From Minisyncoccota bacterium (GTDB taxonomy: Bacteria; Patescibacteriota; Minisyncoccia; UBA6257; JAGOQP01): a stretch of DNA of 64,000 nucleotides. This document shows positions 1 to 8,631 of the stretch, one piece after another. The notes beneath the pieces were generated by a model that was not told the DNA's origin, searched no databases, and was given only the letters and a program-made list of their open reading frames with translations. Every line of letters starts with the position of its first letter. Position 1 is the stretch's first letter. The position numbers and the translations under genes were made by a program. The DNA is taken from NCBI GenBank assembly GCA_017991375.1, contig JAGOQP010000006.1, forward strand, positions 3,200 to 67,199, written 5' to 3'.

Positions 1-1527
1 CTTTCAAATTTTTGGGCCGCGAAAAAAGCGGGGCTCACGATCGTGGGGGCGATAAACAAGGTTGATATGAACCTTCCAAACTACGAGGCAGTACTCCATG
101 AAACGGCGGACTTATTGGAGTGTGATCCAAGCGACATTCATCGTATATCGGGAAAAACAGGAGATGGGGTAAAAGAACTTCTTGACGACCTTATCACACG
201 CGTCCCCGCTCCATTGCGCCCACAAGACACCAACACACTCAACGCGTTATCAGCAAGCTCACGCGACGTCGGGAGAGCGCTCATTTTCGATTCGTTCTAT
301 GACGATCATAAAGGAATTATAGCAGTCGTGCGAGTGATCAACGGATCGTTTAGCGAGGGAAATGACATTGAGTTTATCGCTGTTCGAGAACGATTCAAAG
401 TAAAAGAGGTTGGTTATTTTATTCCTCGCGCGTCGCAAACACATCACATTACCGAAGGAGAAATTGGATATATAGTAACGGGGCTCAAGGACCCGAATAA
501 AATAAAAATTGGAGACACGGTAGTCACCGGAATACGGGCGCACGACAGTCATCTTCGCTCCATAACGTTGGCGGGGTACAAAGAGCCGCGCCCGGTTGTG
601 TTTGTATCTTTTTTCCCCGATGATGCGGATCGCTACGATGATTTAAAAAAATCCCTTGATCGATTGCGCCTCAATGATGCGTCGTTTGTGTTTGAACCCG
701 ATTTTAACGAAGTGCTTGGGCGCGGATTTAAAGGAGGATTTTTGGGAAAACTTCATTTTGAAATAACCGCCCAACGTCTTGAGAGAGAGTTTGGAGTTAA
801 AACAACCACCTCGTTTCCTTCGGTTACCTATCGCGTCAAAACAGATGTAAAAAAATTACCCGGAACATTAATCCCCGACCCGGACGGGCTCATAACCATT
901 TACAACCCAAAAGATCTCCCCGATGAATATCAAGAGATTTATGAACCGATGATTGCGGTTGAGATTGTATGTCCGTCATATTTGCTGGGAGCCATTCTTT
1001 CGCTCAAAGAATCGTTTCGATGGGAACAAATAGATACCCACACACTCGGAGAAAAATTAATTATAAAAACGACTATGCCTCTCGCCGAGCTTATCTCTGA
1101 TTTTGACGATCGTCTCAAATCAATATCTGGTGGCTTTGCATCGTTTGGATACGAAGAAGCCGGATTACAAAGGGCAAACCTTGCTCGTATGGACATACTC
1201 GTCGCCGGAGAGCTTGTCCCAGGACTTTCTCGAATTCTTCCAAAACATACCATTGAGCGCCAAGCACGCACGATGGTTTCTCGTCTCAAAGACACGCTCC
1301 CCCGCCAACAATTTGCGCAGGCGATTCAAGCGCGCGTTGGGGGCCGTTTTGTCGCGCGCGAAACTATTCCCGCGCTCCGCAAAGATGTGACCGGCTACCT
1401 TTACGGTGGAGACCGAACAAGAAAAATGAAGCTTTGGAAAAAGCAAAAGGAGGGAAAAAAGAAATTGCTTTCCATGGCAAAAGTGCGAATCAGCGCTGAG
1501 GATTTTAAGAAACTGCTAGCGAAGTAA
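1..1527 (+). CDS. lepA: Translation elongation factor 4 (LepA), 5'-truncated at the window edge
   Basis: The frame is open to position 1. The C-terminus YGGDRTRKMKLWKKQKEGKKKLLSMAKVRISAEDFKKL is the typical LepA C-terminal domain. About 90 N-terminal residues, including the GTPase G1 motif, lie outside the window. Confidence 0.85.
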   Translation, partial: LSNFWAAKKAGLTIVGAINKVDMNLPNYEAVLHETADLLECDPSDIHRISGKTGDGVKELLDDLITRVPAPLRPQDTNTLNALSASSRDVGRALIFDSFYDDHKGIIAVVRVINGSFSEGNDIEFIAVRERFKVKEVGYFIPRASQTHHITEGEIGYIVTGLKDPNKIKIGDTVVTGIRAHDSHLRSITLAGYKEPRPVVFVSFFPDDADRYDDLKKSLDRLRLNDASFVFEPDFNEVLGRGFKGGFLGKLHFEITAQRLEREFGVKTTTSFPSVTYRVKTDVKKLPGTLIPDPDGLITIYNPKDLPDEYQEIYEPMIAVEIVCPSYLLGAILSLKESFRWEQIDTHTLGEKLIIKTTMPLAELISDFDDRLKSISGGFASFGYEEAGLQRANLARMDILVAGELVPGLSRILPKHTIERQARTMVSRLKDTLPRQQFAQAIQARVGGRFVARETIPALRKDVTGYLYGGDRTRKMKLWKKQKEGKKKLLSMAKVRISAEDFKKLLAK

Positions 1528-1644
1528 ACAAAGCTCTTTGGTCTCGTATCATTAGTCTCTGATCTCTGGTTAGCAAGAATTCTTACATTCCGTTAATGAT
1601 TAAAGATAAAAGATCAACGATGATCACGTTGGTTGTAGTTTTCT

Positions 1645-1668
1645 TTACTGTTATTTGTGATATACTAA
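1645..1668 (+). promoter_or_regulatory. Putative extended -10 promoter for the pilin-like gene
   Basis: tttgTGaTATACT (TGn plus TATACT) lies about 45 nt upstream of the ORF start. Confidence 0.35.
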
Positions 1669-1705
1669 TAAAAAGAATAATCGCGTTGTACGCGATAATT
1701 ATCAT

Positions 1706-3523
1706 ATGGACACATCTTTTTTTGCTCCCATGCAACTCCGGTCGAGAAAAGGGTTTACGCTTACTGAGCTGCTTATTTATTTGGGAATTTTTGCGATAGT
1801 CGCGGGGACGCTCACTGGCATACTCACTACGGTCACCCGTACCCAAGTTCAAGAATCATCCCAAACGACAGTTACGGGAGAATTAAACTTTTCAATGCAA
1901 ACCATTCAACGACTCGTGCAAGAGTCAAGTTTGATTGACATACCGACAGGAACCGCTACCTCCACTCTTGTGCTTAAAATGAAAGACGCGCAAGATCCAT
2001 CGGGAGATCTTTCAAAGATATACTACACAAAAATATACGCAAGCAATGGACGCATCTATGTGGAAGAGCAACCCAATACCGCGCAACCAATCACGAGCGA
2101 TAAGGTGGTAGCTAACACACTTGAATTCAAAAAGTTCACTCAATATCCCGGAAAAGATGTGGTGCAAATTGATTTGGCATTATCTGACGCGATACAAGTG
2201 GCGGGACAGACAATTACTCGCTCATTGCGCTCGGCAATATCACGCGCGTCGGCAGCTACGTTTGATTCCGACTTGCTTCCTGGCACGGATAACACATACT
2301 CCATTGGCACATGGCCAACCCCTCGATGGAAAGATGCTTCGTTTTCGGGATTGATGACGATAGGAAACACCTCTTCTGGTGGGACGCTTAAGTTGATCGG
2401 GAAAACGGGAACCTCTTTGGACTACACCATTGACACTGCCACGGGAGGATATCTCCGATTCAAATCGGCAAGCGCAACCGCGACACCATTTGTTATTACC
2501 AGTTCGGGAAATATAGGCATCGGAACAAGCTCTCCGATATATGCTTTAGATGTTTCGGGAATTATCAGCGCGGCACAACAACCGGGAAGCACAAGTAGCG
2601 CAATGATTATTGTTAATCAAAAAAATGTTGCCGGAAGTTACGGCGCGTGGGGCATCGCGTCACGCAACGCGAGCAATCTTGGTTTTTATAACTGGGGTAG
2701 AGGTGGAGACGCGCTTACTATCACCGCAAGTAGCTCAGGGTTTGTTTTTAATTTTAATGGAAGTCGTCTTACCAATCTTGTCTCGCCCACTGCCAGCAGT
2801 GACGCGGCGACGAAAGAATACGTTGACGCCGCCGCTGGTGGAGGAGCATCAAAATCACAATACTTTTCATCTAGTGGCACGTTCACGGTACCTTCTCAAG
2901 TAACACTAGTATGGGTGACCGCATGGGGTGGCGGCGGTGGCGGCGGTGGCGGATGTCAAGCAACTGCGGGCGCAAGTGGAGGCGGAGGAGGAGAAATCGT
3001 ATACCGTTACCCGGTGACGGTAACTGGAGGGCAAAATATTACGGTAACCATTGGATCAGGTGGTAGTGGCGGCGCATACCAAACAGCAACATGTCTTATA
3101 TCATCAGGAACAAATGGATCTGATACTACATTTGGATCTTATGTAACCGCAAAAGGTGGTATAGCAGGATATGGTAGTGGTGGAGCTGGTGGAGGTGTTG
3201 GGGGAGGAGATGGAGGAACCGAGGGAGTAAATGGATCACGAGGAATATACTCAGCATACACTATGGGTGGCGCTGGGGGTGGCGGTGGATCAGATAGTAG
3301 CGGAAACGCGAGTGATGGAGGACCGTCCCCAATGTACGCGGGAGGAATAACAACACATAATGTCCGCCGTGGTGGAGGTGGCGGCGGTGGGTTTAAAGGA
3401 GTCGGCGGAAACGAATCAACATCGGCCGCGGCAAACACAGGAGCTGGAGGCGGTGGCGGAAGTAGCGGTGCATCAGGAGGAAATGGTGGCTCAGGAGGAG
3501 TTATTGTTGAATGGGTGGAATAA
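1706..3523 (+). CDS. Type IV pilin / pseudopilin-like protein with a prepilin N-terminal methylation motif and a very large Gly-rich C-terminal domain
   Basis: The N-terminus MQLRSRKG|FTLTELLIYLGIFAIVAG is a classic prepilin leader plus hydrophobic helix; 1730 is an alternative start. The C-terminal 250 aa is poly-Gly/Ser with in-frame GGT/GGC triplet runs at 2925-2960 and 3360-3390. Confidence 0.7.
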   Translation: MDTSFFAPMQLRSRKGFTLTELLIYLGIFAIVAGTLTGILTTVTRTQVQESSQTTVTGELNFSMQTIQRLVQESSLIDIPTGTATSTLVLKMKDAQDPSGDLSKIYYTKIYASNGRIYVEEQPNTAQPITSDKVVANTLEFKKFTQYPGKDVVQIDLALSDAIQVAGQTITRSLRSAISRASAATFDSDLLPGTDNTYSIGTWPTPRWKDASFSGLMTIGNTSSGGTLKLIGKTGTSLDYTIDTATGGYLRFKSASATATPFVITSSGNIGIGTSSPIYALDVSGIISAAQQPGSTSSAMIIVNQKNVAGSYGAWGIASRNASNLGFYNWGRGGDALTITASSSGFVFNFNGSRLTNLVSPTASSDAATKEYVDAAAGGGASKSQYFSSSGTFTVPSQVTLVWVTAWGGGGGGGGGCQATAGASGGGGGEIVYRYPVTVTGGQNITVTIGSGGSGGAYQTATCLISSGTNGSDTTFGSYVTAKGGIAGYGSGGAGGGVGGGDGGTEGVNGSRGIYSAYTMGGAGGGGGSDSSGNASDGGPSPMYAGGITTHNVRRGGGGGGGFKGVGGNESTSAAANTGAGGGGGSSGASGGNGGSGGVIVEWVE

Positions 3524-3537
3524 AAATAAATCAAAAA

Positions 3538-3570
3538 CCCCTTTGTATCACGCAAGAGGGTTTTATTTTT
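3538..3570 (+). terminator. Rho-independent terminator of the pilin-like gene
   Basis: CCCCTTTG-tatcacg-CAAGAGGG hairpin followed by TTTTATTTTT, immediately after the stop at 3521-3523. Confidence 0.6.
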
Positions 3571-3669
3571 GAAAATAATATTTTATAATCGTTTCAGACC
3601 TGGGGAAAAGAGCTGGCCGATCTTTTCCTCGTTCCCAATGCCCTACCGCATGGGAAGGCCTTAGCGGCT

Positions 3670-3750
3670 GCCGCAAGAGTCAGGTGGTCAAGTAGCGCAA
3701 GCGAACGACCTTGTACACATTATCCTGACGCAGTTCTTGCGGCTTTTTTT
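3670..3750 (+). ncRNA. Candidate small structured RNA or compound terminator
   Basis: A long imperfect hairpin runs gccgcaaga-GTCAGG-tGGTC-aagtaGC-GCAA-GCgaac-GACC-...-CCTGAC-gcagt-tcttgcggc and is followed by T7. It carries a GNRA-type GCAA apical loop. It stands apart from the pilin terminator and has no ORF. Confidence 0.3.
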
Positions 3751-3819
3751 ATTTTATTTACTATAAACACTCTTTATTCTTCTGCTTCACTGGTTTGACT
3801 ACACCCATCCTTCAACTAT

Positions 3820-4233
3820 TTATCTACCGTGACATTTCTTATATTTCTTGCCCCGTATGAATCCTCTACATCCCTTTGAGTCACAACAGCATTTAAACGG
3901 CTCTTCAATGTACGCGATTTTGTCATAATCAATGGTAATTTCTTCTCCTTTTTTAATGTCTTGTAATGCATACCCGATTCTTTCTCTTTCTTCAACATTC
4001 GGCTCGCAAGAGTGATTGATATAACTCCCTGGTGGCTCAATAATTTCATACTCATCCTCCCCGATTTGATCAAGATGTACTTTGTCCCTCTCTGAAAGAT
4101 TTTGAATATCGTCAAAATCAACAACTTTTCCTTTTTTCAAAACATACAAAACATCGCCTTTCTTAAAATCTTTTAAGGCGAATAGTCCATTTCCGTGTTT
4201 ATCGCTTTTCTTGATTTCTATAAATTGATTCAT
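3820..4233 (-). CDS. SET-domain protein (lysine methyltransferase-like) with post-SET CxCx4C and a SEC-C-like KKYKKCHG tail
   Basis: GNGLFA, NHSCEPN, EITIDY and CCCDSKGC motifs. The C-terminal GKKYKKCHGR is nearly identical to the SecA C-terminus in this window (GKKYKKCHGK). Confidence 0.8.
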   Translation of the reverse strand: MNQFIEIKKSDKHGNGLFALKDFKKGDVLYVLKKGKVVDFDDIQNLSERDKVHLDQIGEDEYEIIEPPGSYINHSCEPNVEERERIGYALQDIKKGEEITIDYDKIAYIEEPFKCCCDSKGCRGFIRGKKYKKCHGR

Positions 4234-4253
4234 ATTACTTACAATAACACCTC

Positions 4254-4751
4254 TTATACTTCTTTCCCATTTTCAAGAAAAGTCACTTTCTCTGAGAAGT
4301 TTAGAAGTATCTTAGACAATCTATTTACCATTGTTGGGGTCAACAATTGATAAGCCTCGGCTATATCAACATATCTAGCATCACCAATTTCTTTTGATGG
4401 AGCAATCTCTGTTAATTCCTTTCTTGATAATTCCTGTCCTTGAAAAATAAATATGACCTCACCGTCTTCTCCGATATTTCGATATTCAATTCCAACCAGT
4501 TTGAAATAGTGCGAAGGAAGGTTTAACGATATTTCTTCTTTAATCTCTCTTAGAAGTCCCTGTATTGGAGTTTCTTGTTCCTCAACTCCTCCGCCAGGAA
4601 GTCCGAAATAATCAGAATCTAGATCTTTCAATACAAGAATCTGTCTCTTGTTCTTTAGAAATATTGCTCTTGAAGTTAGATGAATCATTTTATTTCCCAT
4701 GGCATTTCTTATCCTCCTCACTAAAGCTACGGATGGATTGCAAAATGTCAC
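4254..4751 (-). CDS. NUDIX hydrolase
   Basis: Nudix box GLPGGGVEEQETPIQGLLREIKEEISL (GX5EX7REUXEEXGU). GTG start at 4751, or ATG at 4700. Confidence 0.8.
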   Translation of the reverse strand: MTFCNPSVALVRRIRNAMGNKMIHLTSRAIFLKNKRQILVLKDLDSDYFGLPGGGVEEQETPIQGLLREIKEEISLNLPSHYFKLVGIEYRNIGEDGEVIFIFQGQELSRKELTEIAPSKEIGDARYVDIAEAYQLLTPTMVNRLSKILLNFSEKVTFLENGKEV

Positions 4752-4772
4752 TTACCGTGACATTTCTTGATC

Positions 4773-5267
4773 TTATTCCTGTGTCCACAGGGAATTTATA
4801 TCATCTGGTAGATGATCTATCCCCTGGAATTCCTTCACGACAATTGATTTTATTCCCTGCCTGATTTCCGGCTTTACATAAGTTATTGTCATTTCTTTTT
4901 CCCCGCCTATACTTTCGCAATCGTCCTCGATAAGAATATCTGGGATAACCTTTTCGGCTATATCTTTGTATAATTCCCCACCTTCCCTGAACAACACCAT
5001 TCCATCTGGGAAATTATACTTTTTCAAAACTGATTTATCCTTTTCTACATCAACCGCCGATTCATGGGAACTCAAGTAGATAATTTCTGCACCCTGTCGT
5101 TTCCAATTGTTCAACTTTTCTAAAGCATTTCCTACAGGGATATAGGATTCATAATCAAGAACTGACTCTTCTCGTTCCATACTTTGCCGCACTCGTTCCT
5201 CTCGAGTCTTTCCTGTCGCGTTTCTATGCATAATTGTTGTTCCATGAAGGAAAATCAATATTTTCAT
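4773..5267 (-). CDS. Hypothetical protein (MKILIFLHGTT...), possibly frameshifted before a C-terminal SEC-C zinc motif
   Basis: ORF 4773-5312 trimmed to the MKIL start to avoid overlap with secA. In the adjacent frame, directly across the stop, the sequence reads IPCGHRNKIKKCHGK* (4748-4792), a SEC-C motif. Confidence 0.5.
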   Translation of the reverse strand: MKILIFLHGTTIMHRNATGKTREERVRQSMEREESVLDYESYIPVGNALEKLNNWKRQGAEIIYLSSHESAVDVEKDKSVLKKYNFPDGMVLFREGGELYKDIAEKVIPDILIEDDCESIGGEKEMTITYVKPEIRQGIKSIVVKEFQGIDHLPDDINSLWTQE

Positions 5268-5271
5268 AGTT

Positions 5272-7860
5272 TTATTTTCCGTGACACTTTTTATATTTCT
5301 TGCCGGAGCCACAAGGGCACGGATCGTTTCTGCCTACGTGTTGGCCATTACCAACGACGCCACTCGCCCCTGTCTTGTTCGCACTCATTTGTGTCTTGTT
5401 AGTGTTTATCTGTGTTCCTCGAAAGACATTGGTAAACACCCACATTTGAGCATTTGCAATAAGATCCTTAAAAAGCCCATAGCTTTCGCGCTTATATTCA
5501 ACAAGTGGGTCTTTTTGACCATAGGCACGCATACGTACCGATTCCATAAGTGCCTCCAAGCTGTCCAGGTGGTTAACCCAAAACATATCAAATGCCGACA
5601 ATATACGCGCTCCTATGGTGGCATCACCAACTACCGTGACAATTTGTTCCTCTATGACGTTGGGGAGTTTTTGTTTTGCTCTTAGAAGAGATATTACCTC
5701 TTCGTTTAGCGCTTCCTCGTTTATAGACAATCCGCTGTCGGAACAAAACCGAGCGAGATCAAAAGAAAGCACGTGCTCCTGCTGATCATTATCGGAATGA
5801 ATGCCTGATTCCCACGCAACAACAAACCGAGAGAGTGTTTCCAAGGTGATATCCCTAAGAACCTCAGCGCTTTCCCCCATCTCAATACGCTCAAGCATAT
5901 GTTGGCGCCGACGATACACCGCGCTCCGTTGTTTGTTGAGTACATCGTCATATTCAAGAAGATGCCGCCGCGCATCAAAGTTAAGCCCTTCAACTTTTTT
6001 CTGCGCTTCTTCAACCACGCGAAGCACGATTCCCGATTCGATTGGCACATCATCGGGCATGTTGAGTCGCGTCATTAACGATTGAACACGCTCACCACCA
6101 AATATTCTCATAAGATCATCTTCGAGCGAGAGGAAAAATTGTGTTTCACCTGGATCCCCCTGTCTTCCCGCGCGTCCACGTAATTGATTATCAATACGAC
6201 GTGCCTCGTTGCGTTGCGTACCAAGCACAAAAAGTCCCCCACATTGTTTAACATGTTCGGCCTTGATCATATCAATGGGGTTTCCACCAAGCACAATATC
6301 AACTCCTCGACCGGCCATATTAGTCGCAAGCGTTACCGCCCCAGGGCGTCCCGCTTGGGCGATAATTTCTCCTTCTCGTTCATGATTCTTCGCGTTGAGT
6401 ATTTCGTGACTAACACCCGCGTGAAGCAATTGTGCCGATAGTAATTCGTTTTCGTCGATAGAAGTAGTACCAATAAGCACGGGCTGTCCTCTAAGTGCCC
6501 GCTCTTTAACCACGCGAACGATCTGATCGTATTTAACCTCTTTGTTTTTAAAAATGAGATCTGGTCGATCGGTACGCTGGCGCGGCTTGTTGGTAGGAAT
6601 AGTAACAACGTCAAGATGATACACTTTGTGAAATTCTTCACTAGACGTTGCGGCTGTTCCAGTCATGCCCGATATTTTTTCGTATAAACGAAAATAGTTT
6701 TGAATCGTAATCTGCGCGTATGTTTTTGATTCCTCCTTAATTGCTACTCCTTCTTTTGCCTCTATGGCCTGGTGCAATCCGCCTGAGTATCGTCTTCCAG
6801 GCATCAGACGACCGGTAAACTCATCGACAATAATAACTTCTCCATTTTTTATCACGTAATGCCTATCACGAGAAAAAAGCGCCTTGGCTTTGAGTGATTC
6901 ATCAAGATAGTGAACCAATCGCGCATGTTGGGTATCGTATATGTTCTCGATAGAGAGCGCCTTTTCAATAGCGGCAATACCGGCATCAGTTATTTGTACT
7001 GAGCGTGCTTTTTCGTCTACCACATAATCGCTGTCTCGAGAGAGCCCGCCGACCAACCGAGCAAAAATCTTATAGTACTCCCCCGCCTGCGTGTCTGGAG
7101 CCGAGATAATAAGCGGCGTGCGGGCCTCGTCAATAAGAATACTGTCCACCTCATCAATAATGGCAAAATAGCGCCCCCGCTGAACCTGTCCAGAAACAGA
7201 ATAGGCAAGATTATCCCGCAGGTAATCAAATCCAAACTCGTGGTTAGTCCCATAAACGATATCGGTTTGATATGCTTCTTTTCGAGAAACGGGTTTTAGA
7301 AATTCTTTTTGCACGCGAAAACTTCCGGTGGTGTCACGCTCCTCGTCGATAAGCACATCGCCCTCGGGCGCTATCGTCCATGAGGGATCATACATAAACG
7401 CATGATCATGGATAATACACGAAGTACTCATTCCAAGCGCGTGATAAATCTGCCCCATCCACACCGCGTCACGTTGCGCGAGATAATCATTAACTGTAAT
7501 AACATGAACTCCTTTTTTAGTGAGTGCGTGCAGATACGCGGGAGCGGTAGCCGCGAGCGTTTTTCCTTCACCAGTACTCATTTCCGCGATAGCTCCTTGA
7601 GCGATAACCATACCCCCCATTAATTGGACATCAAAGTGGCGTTGTCCCAAAGTGCGTTTTGCCGCCTCTCGCACAAGAGCAAATGCTTGCGGAAGCGCGT
7701 CATCCAATGATTGCTGCCCTGAGCGTACCGATTCTCCAAGGCGTACGCTTTCTTGACGTAACGCATCCAAAGAAAAGTCGGCATAGGTATGCTCATACGC
7801 CCCAATCGCTTCCACGCGCTGGCGATAACGCCGCATCGGATCAAAAAACCGTTTAAACAT
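5272..7860 (-). CDS. secA: Preprotein translocase ATPase SecA
   Basis: 862 aa with full-length SecA architecture, DEAD-like motor motifs, and the C-terminal zinc motif CPCGSGKKYKKCHGK. Confidence 0.95.
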   Translation of the reverse strand: MFKRFFDPMRRYRQRVEAIGAYEHTYADFSLDALRQESVRLGESVRSGQQSLDDALPQAFALVREAAKRTLGQRHFDVQLMGGMVIAQGAIAEMSTGEGKTLAATAPAYLHALTKKGVHVITVNDYLAQRDAVWMGQIYHALGMSTSCIIHDHAFMYDPSWTIAPEGDVLIDEERDTTGSFRVQKEFLKPVSRKEAYQTDIVYGTNHEFGFDYLRDNLAYSVSGQVQRGRYFAIIDEVDSILIDEARTPLIISAPDTQAGEYYKIFARLVGGLSRDSDYVVDEKARSVQITDAGIAAIEKALSIENIYDTQHARLVHYLDESLKAKALFSRDRHYVIKNGEVIIVDEFTGRLMPGRRYSGGLHQAIEAKEGVAIKEESKTYAQITIQNYFRLYEKISGMTGTAATSSEEFHKVYHLDVVTIPTNKPRQRTDRPDLIFKNKEVKYDQIVRVVKERALRGQPVLIGTTSIDENELLSAQLLHAGVSHEILNAKNHEREGEIIAQAGRPGAVTLATNMAGRGVDIVLGGNPIDMIKAEHVKQCGGLFVLGTQRNEARRIDNQLRGRAGRQGDPGETQFFLSLEDDLMRIFGGERVQSLMTRLNMPDDVPIESGIVLRVVEEAQKKVEGLNFDARRHLLEYDDVLNKQRSAVYRRRQHMLERIEMGESAEVLRDITLETLSRFVVAWESGIHSDNDQQEHVLSFDLARFCSDSGLSINEEALNEEVISLLRAKQKLPNVIEEQIVTVVGDATIGARILSAFDMFWVNHLDSLEALMESVRMRAYGQKDPLVEYKRESYGLFKDLIANAQMWVFTNVFRGTQINTNKTQMSANKTGASGVVGNGQHVGRNDPCPCGSGKKYKKCHGK

Positions 7861-7902
7861 AGTGGACCTGCACCCTAGCAGAAAAAGAATGGTTATACAA
7901 TA

Positions 7903-8253
7903 TTATTGTTTTTCCTCCCGCGCAACTCGAGAACGTCGCGTTTCTGTTTTTTCTTTTACATCTTGCATTTGAACTTTAAGGCGATCCTTCGCAAGATCGA
8001 CCGCGCGACGCGCGTCGACATCTTGTTGCTCTATGCGAATCGTTTTCTTCCCCATAATAAGCATCAACTCAACGTAGTACACCTCTCCTTTATGATGATG
8101 AGCTGTGGTGCGCGCTACCTCCACGCGAAGAACGACATCCTCCCTTTTTCCCAATCGTCCCAAATAACGATCGAGTGTATTCATACGCAAGAGTATGTAC
8201 TCTTTGAGCGCCGCGGTCACGACCAAGTTGGTTGCCTTAATGATTATTTTCAT
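7903..8253 (-). CDS. hpf: Ribosome hibernation promoting factor (HPF/RaiA family)
   Basis: 116 aa. It carries the beta-alpha-beta-beta-beta-alpha signature residues (YxxLRVEV...HHKGEVYYVEL...DVDARRAVDLAKDRL). Confidence 0.8.
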   Translation of the reverse strand: MKIIIKATNLVVTAALKEYILLRMNTLDRYLGRLGKREDVVLRVEVARTTAHHHKGEVYYVELMLIMGKKTIRIEQQDVDARRAVDLAKDRLKVQMQDVKEKTETRRSRVAREEKQ

Positions 8254-8338
8254 AGTATGTACGATAGTATCAGTATACCATGTCTAAAAAGGTAAACAAA
8301 AATCCCCCCGATGTAATATCGAGGGGCCTTTTTGTCGC

Positions 8339-8422
8339 TTATCGGCGCTTTTTTGCATGTTTCTTTGTGGCCTTCTTTGCTTTCTTTGCCACTTTCTTCT
8401 TTGCAACTTTCTTCTTTGCCAT
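8339..8422 (-). CDS. Putative 27-aa lysine-rich micro-protein (MAKKKVAKKKVAKKAKKATKKHAKKRR)
   Basis: ATG at 8422 with GGGAAG 13 nt upstream. The stop TAA is followed by a hairpin plus T-run terminator (8300-8335). It is not in the ORF track because it is shorter than 60 aa. Confidence 0.3.
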   Translation of the reverse strand: MAKKKVAKKKVAKKAKKATKKHAKKRR

Positions 8423-8631
8423 AATATCTGTTGCTTCCCGCGTGCGTAACGCGCGCAGAAAAATTTTATTCTTCATCCAACGAATTAAAATTGCCGACCA
8501 ATCAATTTTTTCGTTGAAGTAGTATTTTCATACTTCCTACAAGTAATTATATAACAAACGCTCACACAAAAAAACAAAAACTGTGGATAACTTTCAAAAA
8601 AGTCCCCGCGCAAAGCGAAAAAACAAAAAAA

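Noticed and set aside
3139-3555. 138-aa Pro-rich minus-strand ORF
   Set aside because: It is the antisense reading of the GGN-repeat tail of the pilin-like gene, a typical mirror ORF.
5268-5312. Longer start (MAPARNIKSVTENKT) for hypothetical gene 4773-5312
   Set aside because: It would overlap the secA stop codon region by 40 nt. The MKIL start removes the overlap.
8280-8522. 80-aa plus-strand ORF rich in F/A (FFACFFVAFFAFFATFFFATFFF)
   Set aside because: It is a low-complexity translation of the antisense of the lysine-rich micro-ORF repeat (ctttcttcgcc units). There is no plausible protein.
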